Part shown: positions 19,760-30,152 of the stretch, one piece after another
Layout: every line of letters starts with the position of its first letter
How positions within the stretch are numbered: position 1 is the first letter of the stretch
From: Deltaproteobacteria bacterium
GTDB taxonomy: Bacteria; Desulfobacterota_D; UBA1144; Nemesobacterales; CSP1-2
Length of the DNA stretch: 64,000 nt
Reading direction: 5' to 3'
NCBI GenBank assembly: GCA_052390235.1
Contig: JBQTHB010000005.1
Location: 1 to 64,000 of the forward strand
Position numbers and translations under genes: made by a program
Notes under the pieces: generated by a model
The model's input: only the letters and a program-made list of their open reading frames with translations
Database searches by the model: none
Told to the model about the DNA's origin: nothing

Positions 19760-20617
19760 GTGCCTGTGCCAATAGGAACGCTCTATATCATAGCAACGCC
19801 GATAGGAAACCTCGAGGATATCACTCTGCGCGCGCTTCGGATTCTCAAAGAGGTTGACCTCATCGCCTGCGAAGACACCCGAACCACAGGAAAACTCCTC
19901 GCCCGATACGGCATTGAGAAGCCTCTTGCGAGTTACCATGAACACAACGAGGAGAAAAAAGCGGCGGAGATTGTCTCGGCTATGGAGGCAGGGCGGAGCG
20001 TCGCCGTGGTGTCAGATGCTGGAACACCCACGATTTCAGACCCCGGATACAGAATCGTAAGCCTCGCCGCAAGCCGCGGGATTGAGGTCGTTCCCATACC
20101 GGGAGCCTCAGCCGCCATCGCCGCCCTGAGCGTTTCGGGGCTTTCGACATCGCGCTTTGCATTTTTCGGATTTCCGCCAAAAACAGCGAAAAAACTCGGG
20201 GAATTTCTGGAATCCGCAAGGGATTACACTGGGAGTTTAATAATTTATGAATCCCCAGGGAGGGTGGTAAATACCCTTGAAGCGGCTCTGGCCGTCCTCG
20301 GCGATAGGCAAATCTCGGCATCGCGCGAGATTACGAAGCTCTATGAAGAAACGCTGAGGGGGAAAATCTCGGAGGTTGGGCGAATCCTGCGGGAGCGTCC
20401 ATCAATTAAGGGGGAATTTACAATCGTCATCGAAGGGAAGAGCGGCGCCGAGGAGGCTTCAGACGAGTCCATTGGGGCTGAAATCGGACGGCTAAAGGCG
20501 CAGGGGCTAACCCTCAAGGACACGGTCAAAGCCGTATGCGAAACCCTCCGCTCCCCGAAGAGCAAAACCTACAGGGAAGCGCTCAGGATTTGGAGGGATG
20601 GCGGCGACCCCATCTAA
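19760..20617 (+). CDS. rsmI: 16S rRNA (cytidine1402-2'-O)-methyltransferase
   Basis: LYIIATPIGNLEDIT.RAL, CEDTR, SDAGTP.ISDPG, YESP, REITKLYEE. Confidence 0.96.
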   Translation: MPVPIGTLYIIATPIGNLEDITLRALRILKEVDLIACEDTRTTGKLLARYGIEKPLASYHEHNEEKKAAEIVSAMEAGRSVAVVSDAGTPTISDPGYRIVSLAASRGIEVVPIPGASAAIAALSVSGLSTSRFAFFGFPPKTAKKLGEFLESARDYTGSLIIYESPGRVVNTLEAALAVLGDRQISASREITKLYEETLRGKISEVGRILRERPSIKGEFTIVIEGKSGAEEASDESIGAEIGRLKAQGLTLKDTVKAVCETLRSPKSKTYREALRIWRDGGDPI

Positions 20618-20661
20618 AACCGAATTTGGATGCGGCGCAGACCGAGCCTATCCCGCGAGGG

Positions 20662-20823
20662 CTACTCTTTGTCTCGGTTCGGGTCAGGGGGGAGCTTTAC
20701 TTCTCTCTCGATTTTTATCTTTTTATCGAGCGCCTCGCCCTGCACCTGAGCCTTGCACGCATCACAAATTGAAACATCCGACGGCTTTGCGCACATCATA
20801 CAGACTTTTTTCTTCTCAGCCAT
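20662..20823 (-). CDS. 53-aa putative zinc-binding small protein (absent from ORF track)
   Basis: Hand translation: MAEKKKVCMMCAKPSDVSICDACKAQVQGEALDKKIKIEREVKLPPDPNRDKE*. CxxC-x8-CxxC; same strand as, and just downstream of, gatA. Confidence 0.65.
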   Translation of the reverse strand: MAEKKKVCMMCAKPSDVSICDACKAQVQGEALDKKIKIEREVKLPPDPNRDKE

Positions 20824-20889
20824 AACCAACAGAATACACGATACGGGAAGCGAGATAAACCCCTTTCATCTCGAATCATTCATCGCGGT

Positions 20890-22350
20890 TTAGAGCGGGG
20901 GGCGGCTCAAAGTCCACCCCGTGCGGATTTCGTAATTATATGCCACCTTAAAGAGCGACTCCTCGTCAAAGGGTCTGCCCAGAAGCTGAAGCCCTATGGG
21001 AAGCCCCGCGGCGGTGAATCCGCAGGGAATGGACATTCCCGGAATCCCCGCTAGGTTGCAGGGGATTGTAAAAATATCGGACAGATACATCTTCAGCGGG
21101 TCGTCGGTTTTCTCCCCGATTTTAAACGCCGGCTCAGGGGATGTTGGGGTGAGGATTACGTCAACATGACCGAACGCCTCGTCAAAATCCCGTTTTATGA
21201 GCGTCCTCACGCGCTGAGCCTTTAGGTAATAGGCGTCGTAGTAGCCAGACGACAGGGCGTATGTGCCTATCATGATTCTGCGCTTGACCTCGCTTCCGAA
21301 CCCCGCCGCCCTCGTTTTAAAATACATATCCTTCAGATTTCGGGCCGTGGGAGCGCGAAAGCCGTATCTGACGCCGTCGAATCTCGCCAAATTGGAACTC
21401 GCCTCGGACGGGGCAAGCAGGTAGTAGGCCGAGAGGGCAAACTCCGTATGGGGCAGAGAAATTTCCCGAACCTCCGCCCCCGCATCCTCAATAAGCGCAA
21501 TTGCCCTTCTCACGCCGGATTCGATTTCGGGGTCAATTCCACTGACGAAATACTCCCGCGGGACTCCGATTCGCACGCCAGATAATCCCCCCGAAAGGGA
21601 CCGTGTGAAATCTGGACAGAGAACATTTGCCGAAGTGGAATCGCGCGCGTCATGCCCGGCTATAGAATTTAGGAGAATCGCCGCATCCTCTACAGTCCTC
21701 CCGAAGGGGCCCGCTTGGTCGAGAGATGAAGCGAAGGCTATCATCCCGAACCGACTTACCCTGCCGTATGTGGGTTTCATGCCGACCACCCCGCAGAGGG
21801 CGGCGGGCTGCCTGATGGAGCCTCCGGTGTCCGTTCCAATCGAGCCAAAGCCCAGAGAGGCGGCGACGCACGCCGCAGACCCCCCGCTTGAGCCTCCGGG
21901 GACGCGCTCTAAATCCCAAGGGTTTCGGGTAGGGGAGAAATAGGAATTCTCCGTAGAAGAGCCCATGGCAAACTCATCCATGTTATTTTTGCCGAGGATT
22001 ACCGCGCCCGCCCGCTTTAGCCTCGCCGTAACTGTGGCATCGTAGGGAGAGATAAAGCTCTCTAGCATCCGAGAGCCGCAGGTGGTTCTCACGCCCTTCA
22101 TGCAGAAAATATCCTTTAGCCCCACGGGGATGCCGTGAAGCGCCCCTCGGTAGTTGCCAGATGCAATTTCTGACTCGGCCGCTTTAGCGGCTCTGCGGGC
22201 ATCGTCGGAGAGAAGCGTAATATAGGAGTTTAGCCTCGGGTCAACGGATTCGATTCGAGATAAGACGGCTTCGGTAAGCTCGATGGGGGAAACCTCTTTT
22301 TTCTTGACCAAATCCGATGCCTGCTTTAGGGTTAGGCGCGCGAGTTCCAT
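20890..22350 (-). CDS. gatA: Asp/Glu-tRNA amidotransferase subunit A
   Basis: Amidase signature [30 protein letters not shown]. Start moved to the ATG at 22350 (SD upstream). Confidence 0.97.
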   Translation of the reverse strand: MELARLTLKQASDLVKKKEVSPIELTEAVLSRIESVDPRLNSYITLLSDDARRAAKAAESEIASGNYRGALHGIPVGLKDIFCMKGVRTTCGSRMLESFISPYDATVTARLKRAGAVILGKNNMDEFAMGSSTENSYFSPTRNPWDLERVPGGSSGGSAACVAASLGFGSIGTDTGGSIRQPAALCGVVGMKPTYGRVSRFGMIAFASSLDQAGPFGRTVEDAAILLNSIAGHDARDSTSANVLCPDFTRSLSGGLSGVRIGVPREYFVSGIDPEIESGVRRAIALIEDAGAEVREISLPHTEFALSAYYLLAPSEASSNLARFDGVRYGFRAPTARNLKDMYFKTRAAGFGSEVKRRIMIGTYALSSGYYDAYYLKAQRVRTLIKRDFDEAFGHVDVILTPTSPEPAFKIGEKTDDPLKMYLSDIFTIPCNLAGIPGMSIPCGFTAAGLPIGLQLLGRPFDEESLFKVAYNYEIRTGWTLSRPPL

Positions 22351-22366
22351 TTCCTTGTGAATCTCC

Positions 22367-22657
22367 TTAATCTTCAATTACCTTCGGGACGGAGAAGAAA
22401 GTCTCGTCCCTTTCGGGGGCATTGGCGAGGGTTTCCTCGGTATTGAGCCACGTCTCAACTACGTCGTCTCTCACGGGGGTGGAAACGGCAGAAACGTGAA
22501 AAGTGGGGTCAACCAATGAGGTGTCGAGCTTGCCTAAATCCTCGACGTATTCGAAGATGTTTCCGAGCTGTTCGGCGAGTTTATCAATCTCTCCTTCGCC
22601 GACCTCCAGCCTCGCAAGCTCTGCTACGTGTTTTACAGCTTCTTTAGATATTTTCAT
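22367..22657 (-). CDS. gatC: Asp/Glu-tRNA amidotransferase subunit C
   Basis: [19 protein letters not shown]...FF.VPKVI. Confidence 0.95.
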   Translation of the reverse strand: MKISKEAVKHVAELARLEVGEGEIDKLAEQLGNIFEYVEDLGKLDTSLVDPTFHVSAVSTPVRDDVVETWLNTEETLANAPERDETFFSVPKVIED

Positions 22658-22815
22658 CGTCTTGACTCCGGCAATTATTTAACCATGAACTGCGGGAAAT
22701 TTAAACCGCAAAGAGGAGATGTTTAGAATGAAGCCGCCGCCGTCCTTTAAGATTCGCTTCAGCTCGGCGGCTATCGGCGTATGGCGGCGACGAGGAATCG
22801 AGATTATTGAGAAGC

Positions 22816-23781
22816 TCAATTGCGGGAAATCAGCCCTTTGCAGTATCCCTCGACAAAATCCACGGCCTGCGCCTCTAATTTCCGCCCGGTGAACCGGTTG
22901 ATTTCCTGAACCCCTGTGGGACTTGTGGAGTTGACCTCGGTCAGATATCCGCCTATTACGTCAATTCCTACGAAATATAGCCCGTCCTCGCGGAGCTTCG
23001 GCGCAATCCCTTGGCAGATTTCAATGTCCCTGCGCGTAAGCTCCGTCTCCATTGGGCTTCCGCCGGAGTGGAAATTGCACCTGAACTCCCCTCCCGGTTT
23101 TGGCACTCTCAGCACCGCGCCAAGCGGCTCTCCGTTGAGCAGGATAATGCGTTTATCGCCCTCGGACACGCGCTCTATGAATTTCTGAGCCATCACATAG
23201 CGCGCGCCCCGCTCAGTAATGGTTTCGAGAATCACCCCTGCGTTTCTGTCGCCCTCTTTGACATAGAAAATCCCCTCGCCTCCGCACCCATCGAGCGGCT
23301 TTACGACCATCTCCCCTCCGACCTCAGCGAGGAAACCGGCGAGCATTGAAATATCTTTCGCCACCAAAGCTGGGGGAGCAAAGCCGTGGAAATTGAGCGC
23401 GTAGAGCTTCTCGTTGGATTCCCTGATTCCCTTCGGATTGTTGATGACAAAGGTTTTTTTCGGATTGGCAAGGCTCAAGATGTAGGTTGAATAGATATAG
23501 TCCATATTGAATGGCGGGTCTTTGCGCATCCAAACGACGTCAAAGGCATCGAGCGGCAGGGTTTGCGCTCTGACGAGGCGGTAGTGGTCTCTACCCCGCT
23601 GGAGGCTGATTTGCGCCGCGCGTCCCCAAGCCGCCCCGTCTCGTATGAATAGATCCTTGAGTTCGAGATACCAAACCTCGTGTCCCCTTGCCTCGGTTTC
23701 CATCATCAGGACGAAAGTCGTATCCTTCTCGATATTTATTGAGCCTACAGGATCCATGACAAAAGCCGTTTTCAGTTTCAT
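22816..23781 (-). CDS. gshB: Glutathione synthetase
   Basis: FVMDP...I...KDTT, MRKDPPF, NEK, KPLDG.GG, GDKRI, LTEVNSTSPTG. Confidence 0.95.
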   Translation of the reverse strand: MKLKTAFVMDPVGSINIEKDTTFVLMMETEARGHEVWYLELKDLFIRDGAAWGRAAQISLQRGRDHYRLVRAQTLPLDAFDVVWMRKDPPFNMDYIYSTYILSLANPKKTFVINNPKGIRESNEKLYALNFHGFAPPALVAKDISMLAGFLAEVGGEMVVKPLDGCGGEGIFYVKEGDRNAGVILETITERGARYVMAQKFIERVSEGDKRIILLNGEPLGAVLRVPKPGGEFRCNFHSGGSPMETELTRRDIEICQGIAPKLREDGLYFVGIDVIGGYLTEVNSTSPTGVQEINRFTGRKLEAQAVDFVEGYCKGLISRN

Positions 23782-23880
23782 TATCGAGGCTCGCCTGGGC
23801 GGAATTTATATTATTGGGAGGAGGGATACAAAAATCCGTCCAGAGAATGAGAGTCGAAATCGAGACGAGGATGAGACCCC

Positions 23881-24426
23881 TTAGTTGGGCGGAGCGGATA
23901 CGCGGTTGACGGGCTTAATATCCGTCTTTTTCAGCCGAATAATTTGCTCCTGATTTGGCTTATTCACGGCTCCCGAAGCGCCGGAGACCAGAGCCTTGGG
24001 TCTCGGGTTTTTGCTCACGGCAATTGAAACGGCTCTCATTTCAAAACTGCCGTATTCGAGAGTGCCGTCCGCAAAGGTTATCGTATAGTTGCCCTCGTAG
24101 GACTTTGGGTCGAGAGTGCCGTTGAACTCCACCTCGGAGCCGTCTTCAGTTCTCCCCTGGAGCTTGCACATATTGTACATCAGATTCCCCGACACGCGCC
24201 CAGAGCCGTTAAGAGGGGAATACGCTATCATCGCGCCTGAGACCGACTCCCCGTCTATGGATAATTCCAGCCTCATCTGAGAACTCGCGTCGGAAGCTAT
24301 ATTATCAGCCGCCCCCTCGTAAATTCTCGTCTCCTCCCCGTAAGATTCAAAAGCAATAACGCCCAAAGACAGCGAAATCAACAAAACCGCGGGCAGTGCG
24401 TACCCGCTTATACATCGAGATAACAT
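23881..24426 (-). CDS. Hypothetical exported protein
   Basis: N-terminal hydrophobic signal; Gly-rich beta-strand-like core; basic tail. Confidence 0.6.
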   Translation of the reverse strand: MLSRCISGYALPAVLLISLSLGVIAFESYGEETRIYEGAADNIASDASSQMRLELSIDGESVSGAMIAYSPLNGSGRVSGNLMYNMCKLQGRTEDGSEVEFNGTLDPKSYEGNYTITFADGTLEYGSFEMRAVSIAVSKNPRPKALVSGASGAVNKPNQEQIIRLKKTDIKPVNRVSAPPN

Positions 24427-24613
24427 GGAAATCCCCCTGCTACTGCGTCTAGTACTCTATCTGCCGGATATTATAAACTATCTATTTGGCTAGTCCAGAC
24501 TGCGCGGCGGCGACTAGATACCTACGGGGGGTTGCCACGGAGATTCCTGCCCATTATCGGTCATGAGGGGGAATTTGAAACTATGAGGGGCGAGTACCCG
24601 CCACTGCGCAAAT

Positions 24614-25816
24614 TCAGGCGGCGTCCTGCTTTAGGTTTCTTTTTTTGAGGGTTTTAATCGCCCTCGCAATCCCGGACAGAGTGAGTGGGTACATCCTGCC
24701 GTTCATGAATTTTCTAATCATCTCAGCGGTTTCCACATAACGCCAATCCTCCTCAGGCAGGGGATTGAGCCACACGATGTCGGGGTATTGGTTCTTAATC
24801 CGCTCTAGCCACGTGAATCCGGCTTCGTCGTTGTTATGCTCGACGCTCCCGTTTTGATAGAGTAGCTCATAAGGGGACATGGCGGCGTCTGCGACTATGA
24901 TGACCTTGTAGTCGCCGTTGTATTTATGGATAACGTCAAATGTGGGGGTAACCTCTTCCCATCTGCGGGTGTTGTCCCTCCAGACGCGCTCATAAATGCA
25001 GTTGTGGAAGTAGAAGTGCTCAAGGCGCTTGAATTCGTACTTCGCCGCTGAAAAGAGCCTGGCGCATATCTCGATGTGGTCGTCCATCGAGCCTCCAACG
25101 TCCAGGAAGAGGAGGACTTTTACGTGGTTGCGCTTCGAGGGAATCATCTCGATATCGAGCATCCCCGCGTTTTTTGAGGTTTTCTCGATGGTGCCGTCTA
25201 TGTCGAGTTCTTCGGGGACTCCCTCGCGGGTAAGGGCGCGCAGTCGCTTCAGGGCGAGTTTCATGTTGCGGGTGTTGAGTTCCACGCCGTCCGAGAGGTT
25301 TCTAAAATCGCGCTTGTCCCAGACCTTCACGGCGCGGCGGTGGCGACCCTCTTCCTGCCCGATGCGGATGCCTTCGGGGTTGTAGCCGTAAGCCCCAAAA
25401 GGAGACGTTCCCCCAGTGCCTATCCACTTATTGCCGCCCTCGTGGCGTTTTTTCTGCTCTCTGAGGAGTTCCCGCAGGCGTTCCATGAGCTTGTCTAGCC
25501 CGCCGAGAGATTTTATGAATTCCTTGTCCTCTTCCCTAAGCACGCGCTCGAAGCCGCGCTGGAGCCACTGCTCGGGGATTTTTAAAAACTCCGCGCTGTC
25601 TATAGTTTGAACGCCCTTGAAAAATACCCCGAAGAGTTTATCGAAGCGGTCTAGGAACTGCTCGTGCTTTACAAGCGCCGAGCGGGAGAGATAATAAAAA
25701 TCATCCACGTTGTAGGAGATAACCGATTTATCCAGCGCCTTAAGGAGGTCGAGATACTCCCTAACCGTTACCGGAAGCCCGTCTCGCCTAAGTAGGAGAA
25801 AAAAGTCTATAAACAT
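24614..25816 (-). CDS. VWA-domain protein (CoxE-like partner of a MoxR ATPase)
   Basis: MIDAS-like DVGGSMD, GGNKWIGTGGTSPFG, YFHNC, WLNP. Start placed at ATG 25816 with GGGG SD. Confidence 0.88.
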   Translation of the reverse strand: MFIDFFLLLRRDGLPVTVREYLDLLKALDKSVISYNVDDFYYLSRSALVKHEQFLDRFDKLFGVFFKGVQTIDSAEFLKIPEQWLQRGFERVLREEDKEFIKSLGGLDKLMERLRELLREQKKRHEGGNKWIGTGGTSPFGAYGYNPEGIRIGQEEGRHRRAVKVWDKRDFRNLSDGVELNTRNMKLALKRLRALTREGVPEELDIDGTIEKTSKNAGMLDIEMIPSKRNHVKVLLFLDVGGSMDDHIEICARLFSAAKYEFKRLEHFYFHNCIYERVWRDNTRRWEEVTPTFDVIHKYNGDYKVIIVADAAMSPYELLYQNGSVEHNNDEAGFTWLERIKNQYPDIVWLNPLPEEDWRYVETAEMIRKFMNGRMYPLTLSGIARAIKTLKKRNLKQDAA

Positions 25817-25848
25817 CCGTGTTGCCCCTTTAGTAGCCACTTTGCGGG

Positions 25849-26694
25849 TTATCTGTACTGGCGCTTAATCTGTTGCTGAAGCCGTTTTATGAGTTCGTGG
25901 TCTTGCTCGTCCTTGAGGAGCGCGCCCAAATACGGCGGGAGGTTTTTCGATATATCCAGCGATGAAAGCTCATCGCCCGTGATTTTACCGACTAGAAGGA
26001 GCTTCATCCAGTCAATGAGTTCGCTCGTCGAAGGCTTTTTCTTGATTCCCTTCAGTTCCCGAAGTTCGTAGAACATCTCCATGGCGGCGTGGATGAGTTT
26101 GGCTTCGAGGTTTTCGTAGTGGACGTTTATGATGGATTTGAGGGTGTCTCTGTCGGGGAAGGAGATGTAGTGAAAAAAGCACCGCCTGAGGAATGCGTCC
26201 GGCAACTCCTTTTCGTTGTTCGATGTGATTATCACTATCGGGCGGCGTTTTGCCGAGACGGTTCGCCGAAGCTCGTAGCAGTAAAACTCCATTTTATCGA
26301 GTTCAAGGAGCAGGTCGTTGGGGAATTCGATGTCGGCTTTGTCAATCTCGTCAATGAGCAGAACGAGATGCTCGTCGGATTCAAACGCCTCCCAGAGTTT
26401 CCCCTTTTTTATGTAATGCTCGATGTCGTTAATGTCGCCGCCGCCGAGTTGAGAGTCTCTGAGCCTTGCCACAGCGTCGTATTCGTAGAGTCCCTGCTGA
26501 GCCGCGGTGGTGGATTTGACGTGCCAGGTAATGATTCGCTTGCCCAGAGCCTTGGCGACCTCGAAGGCGAGGAGCGTCTTGCCTGTTCCCGGCTCGCCCT
26601 TTATGAGAAGCGGCTTTTCGAGGGCAATGGCCGCGTTTACGGCAACCTCTAAGTCTCTGGTGGCGATGTATGTGTCGGTGCTTTGAAATTTCAT
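25849..26694 (-). CDS. MoxR-family AAA+ ATPase
   Basis: Walker A GEPGTGKT, Walker B LLIDEIDKAD.EFPNDLL, LPDAFLRRC. Confidence 0.92.
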   Translation of the reverse strand: MKFQSTDTYIATRDLEVAVNAAIALEKPLLIKGEPGTGKTLLAFEVAKALGKRIITWHVKSTTAAQQGLYEYDAVARLRDSQLGGGDINDIEHYIKKGKLWEAFESDEHLVLLIDEIDKADIEFPNDLLLELDKMEFYCYELRRTVSAKRRPIVIITSNNEKELPDAFLRRCFFHYISFPDRDTLKSIINVHYENLEAKLIHAAMEMFYELRELKGIKKKPSTSELIDWMKLLLVGKITGDELSSLDISKNLPPYLGALLKDEQDHELIKRLQQQIKRQYR

Positions 26695-26853
26695 TCCAGG
26701 CGACCTCGATTATTTGGGGAGTATGAGTGATTATACGGGGAATCGGCGATAAGTTCAAAATTGCAGGTTGCATCCCCCAAGACCGGAGGGCCACTCGCCG
26801 CGAGCCTGGATAGCCGCCTGCGAATTTGAGATTATCTCAGGCGCAAAAGGGTG

Positions 26854-27273
26854 TTAGACGCCCTGTGATTTTCTCTGAAGGAGCTTGCTTGCCACAATGA
26901 TATTGTCCCTTCCGGCGGCTTCAGCCATTTTCACCGCCTCCTCAAGCGATATTTTATCAGTGAGCGTGGCGAGCTTAAGGAGCATGGGCAGATTAGCCCC
27001 AGAGATTACCTCTACTCTCTTCGCCTCAAGAAACGTGAGGCTCACGTTCGAGGGAGTGCCGCCGAACATATCGGTTACGAGCAGAATCCCGTCGCCCTCG
27101 TCCGTTTTTTTGATGGCGTCTTTAATCTCCTGAGCAAAGGTAGTAAACTCCCTGCTCTGGTCTAGGCACACGCCCTCCATCTTCACGGACGGTTTTACGG
27201 ATAGAATAAATCTGACCGCCGCAATAAGCTCCTCTGCCAGCCTCCCGTGGGTTACAACGACGACTCCAACCAT
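26854..27273 (-). CDS. PTS EIIA component, mannose/fructose family
   Basis: VVVTHG.LA, TDMFGGTPSN, SGANLPML. Confidence 0.92.
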   Translation of the reverse strand: MVGVVVVTHGRLAEELIAAVRFILSVKPSVKMEGVCLDQSREFTTFAQEIKDAIKKTDEGDGILLVTDMFGGTPSNVSLTFLEAKRVEVISGANLPMLLKLATLTDKISLEEAVKMAEAAGRDNIIVASKLLQRKSQGV

Positions 27274-27291
27274 TTTCTTTCGCTCCTCGCC

Positions 27292-28146
27292 TCAAGCCTT
27301 TTTAATGTCTCTGTGCCATATATTAGGGGAGAGACTTTTAAAATTCAATCCGATTTGATTGGTAATTGCAACCGACCTGTGCCTTCCGCCGGAGCATCCT
27401 ATAGCCACGGTGAGATAGGATTTCCCCTCTTTTTCATATCTCGGCATCAGGAATTCGAGAAAATCTATTAATTTCGAGAGAAAAATATCGGCGTCTGCGT
27501 TCGAGAGAACATACTCCCTTACCTCTTCGTCTTCGCCCGTTAAGTCCTTGAGTTCCTCGACAAAATGCGGGCTTGGGAGGAATCTCACATCGAAAACGAG
27601 GTCGGCGTCGTAGGGAAATCCGTACTTATAGCCGAAGGAAAGGAAGTTGACGGACATTTTCCGGGATACAATTTTTGCGTCGAACGTATCGCGGATAAAT
27701 TCCCTGAGCTGATGCACGTTCATAGAAGATGTATCAATGATGCGGTCGGCAAGCTCTTTAATTGGGGCGATAGACTCCCTTTCCTTGGCGATTCCCTCGA
27801 GAATATTGCTTCCCTTGGAAAGGGGATGCCTCCTCCGGGTCTCTTTGTACCGCCTTACGAGAACCTCGTCCGGGGCTTCGAGGAACAAAATCTCGACAAC
27901 GTAGTCCTTTTTTTTGAGTTCCCTTATCTGCTCGGGAGCGGAATCAATAAACACGCCCTCGCGTATGTCCATTCCTATGCCGATTTTACTGATTTTGTCG
28001 GCTGAGCTTGTGCAAAGCTCTGTGAACGTGGGAACTAGCGTCGCTGGCAGGTTATCAACGCAGAAATAGCCGAGGTCTTCGAGCGCCTTGAGCGCCGTGC
28101 TTTTGCCCGAACCGGAAAGCCCGCTGAGTATGACGATATATATCAT
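27292..28146 (-). CDS. rapZ: RNase adapter RapZ (YvcJ family)
   Basis: GLSGSGKS, EDLGYFCVDNLP, ETRRRHP, SFGYKYG, GC.GG.HRSV. Confidence 0.96.
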   Translation of the reverse strand: MIYIVILSGLSGSGKSTALKALEDLGYFCVDNLPATLVPTFTELCTSSADKISKIGIGMDIREGVFIDSAPEQIRELKKKDYVVEILFLEAPDEVLVRRYKETRRRHPLSKGSNILEGIAKERESIAPIKELADRIIDTSSMNVHQLREFIRDTFDAKIVSRKMSVNFLSFGYKYGFPYDADLVFDVRFLPSPHFVEELKDLTGEDEEVREYVLSNADADIFLSKLIDFLEFLMPRYEKEGKSYLTVAIGCSGGRHRSVAITNQIGLNFKSLSPNIWHRDIKKA

Positions 28147-29108
28147 CTGCCCTCCCTAGGCTTAAGCGAAGAGGCAGCAAGTCCAGATTCAAAAATCTCA
28201 GCCGTATTTATGCCGCTTTGGTTGAGTATATAGTTTCTCACCGCAACCTCGACGATGGTCGCCGCATTTCTTCCGGGGCTCACCGGAATAACTAAATATG
28301 GAAGCTCAATTGCCATTATGGGATAGGTTTTCCTATCGAGTCCGACCCTATCATAATCAGCCTGTGGGTCCCACTGGGCAAGCTCTATGACCATCTCCAC
28401 TTCCCTTTTTTCCATAACCGAAGCCGCCCCGAACAGATCTTTTATGTTGATAATGCCGACGCCCCTTATCTCCATAAGGTGCTTTATGTTTCTATGTCCG
28501 CACCCGACGAGCTTGGAAGCGCCGATTTTTTTCACCTGCACCAGGTCGTCAGCAATGAGTTTAGAACCTCGGAGTATTAAGTCAAGCGCGCATTCGCTCT
28601 TGCCTATGCCGCTTTTGCCGAGAATTAAGACCCCCACTCTGTGTATGTCCATAAGAACCCCGTGGAGGCTCACAAAGGAGGCGAGCCTCTCTTCGAGTAT
28701 GGAATTGAGAGAGGAGATGAGCCTTCCGGTATAGAGATTCGTGGCAAAGAGGGGAATCCCGCCCGTTCTGCACGCTATCCTCAGGGATTCGGGGGGGTGA
28801 ATTCCCTTAGAAATTATAAAACACGGCACGTCGTGAGAGCAAAGCCCCGAGGACACCCGCGCCCTATCCGAGTCGGCGAGCCTTTGCAAGTAAGCCACCT
28901 CGGTTCTGCCGAGTACTTGGATTTTGCCCTCGTCAAGCTCAATGGATGAGGCAATCATCCGAAGACCCGGCTTCTGAACCCTATTCGAGCGGACTTGCTT
29001 GCGGTCAAAGCACTCCTCCCCCTCTATAGTCTCAAGCTCAAGCTCTTTGCCCCAGCTTGAGATGAGTTCTCGAACCCTGAGAGCGGTATCAACCCTAGTG
29101 GTTTGCAT
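28143..29108 (-). CDS. hprK: HPr(Ser) kinase/phosphorylase
   Basis: LHGVLMD...GVLI.GKSGIGKSECAL.L..RG..LIADD, MEIRGVGII, PV.PGRN. Confidence 0.95.
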   Translation of the reverse strand: MQTTRVDTALRVRELISSWGKELELETIEGEECFDRKQVRSNRVQKPGLRMIASSIELDEGKIQVLGRTEVAYLQRLADSDRARVSSGLCSHDVPCFIISKGIHPPESLRIACRTGGIPLFATNLYTGRLISSLNSILEERLASFVSLHGVLMDIHRVGVLILGKSGIGKSECALDLILRGSKLIADDLVQVKKIGASKLVGCGHRNIKHLMEIRGVGIINIKDLFGAASVMEKREVEMVIELAQWDPQADYDRVGLDRKTYPIMAIELPYLVIPVSPGRNAATIVEVAVRNYILNQSGINTAEIFESGLAASSLKPREGR

Positions 29109-29559
29109 CTTCTTCAGTGATTATTCGATAGATTTCGTCTTGAGATGAGGCTTCCATGAGCCTGCGACGAAAACCGCCGTCTTTGAAAATGCGAGATATT
29201 CTGGCAAGGAGTTTCAGATGAGCGCTGGCGGAGTTTTCGGGGGCGAGAAGGAGGATGAAAAGGTGAGACGAGCCGGCGTCGAGGGATTCAAAATCAATCC
29301 CATCGCGGCTTCTGCCAAATGCGGCGATGATGCCCCCAAGCCCGGCGAGCTTGCCGTGGGGGATAGCCACGCCGGAGTCCACAGCCGTGCTGCAGAGCTT
29401 CTCTCGCTCCATGAGGATTTTTACTAGCCCATTAGCGTCTATATTTGGACTCCCAAGGGCGCAGACCAAGCCCGAAAGTTCCCTTATCACTTCGGGCTTG
29501 GTTTTGGAGCTGAGATTGGCTATGACTAATTCTCTCTTCAGGACATCGGCTATTTTCAT
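29095..29559 (-). CDS. ptsN: PTS EIIA-Ntr-like protein
   Basis: REKL.STA...GVAIPHGK, HLKLLARISR; position in the rpoN operon. Confidence 0.9.
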   Translation of the reverse strand: MKIADVLKRELVIANLSSKTKPEVIRELSGLVCALGSPNIDANGLVKILMEREKLCSTAVDSGVAIPHGKLAGLGGIIAAFGRSRDGIDFESLDAGSSHLFILLLAPENSASAHLKLLARISRIFKDGGFRRRLMEASSQDEIYRIITEEDANH

Positions 29560-29594
29560 AATTTCATCTTAAAAGCCCTTAGGGTAAAAACCCA

Positions 29595-30152
29595 CTAGGG
29601 GGTTACAAGCCCCAGATTGTTTTCCTCGGATTTGTATAAAACATTTACCTCGCCGGTTTCGCTGTTGTGGAACGCGAGAAATCCCCCGCCGGATACCTTC
29701 AGCTGCAGCACAGCCTCGGCTATGGACATCGGCTTCGGGGGGAGTTTCTCCATTTTTATCGCCCCTGCCCTCTGCCCATCCGAATGATTTGCCGGCGCGC
29801 CGCCTGGATGAGCCGCCTCTCCTTTCGAGCGCAGACTCCTTCGTTTGGTTTTAACCCACTTGTCGGTTTGTTTTTTGAGCTGCTTCACTGCCGCGTCAAC
29901 CGTCCGGTCAATAGCGGTCTGCATATCGTCGGTCTCGGATGAAGATGTGGCCTTGATTGAGCCGCACTCGAGGAAAAGCTCGGCGAAGTTCCTAAATTTC
30001 TCCACCGAAAGTACGAGCCTGATTTCGGAGGGGTTTCTCGAAGGCTCGATGAGCCGCTCAAGCCGCTTAATTTTCTTCGCGGCGTATTTTTTGAGTTCTT
30101 CCGCCCTTGCGCGGTCGTTAATGTGCCTTGCGGTTACGCTAAGTTGTATCAT
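29595..30152 (-). CDS. hpf: Ribosome hibernation promoting factor (long HPF)
   Basis: S30AE-like N-domain plus KPMS..EA.LQ...F..F.N.ETGEVNVLYK C-domain; follows rpoN. Confidence 0.88.
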   Translation of the reverse strand: MIQLSVTARHINDRARAEELKKYAAKKIKRLERLIEPSRNPSEIRLVLSVEKFRNFAELFLECGSIKATSSSETDDMQTAIDRTVDAAVKQLKKQTDKWVKTKRRSLRSKGEAAHPGGAPANHSDGQRAGAIKMEKLPPKPMSIAEAVLQLKVSGGGFLAFHNSETGEVNVLYKSEENNLGLVTP

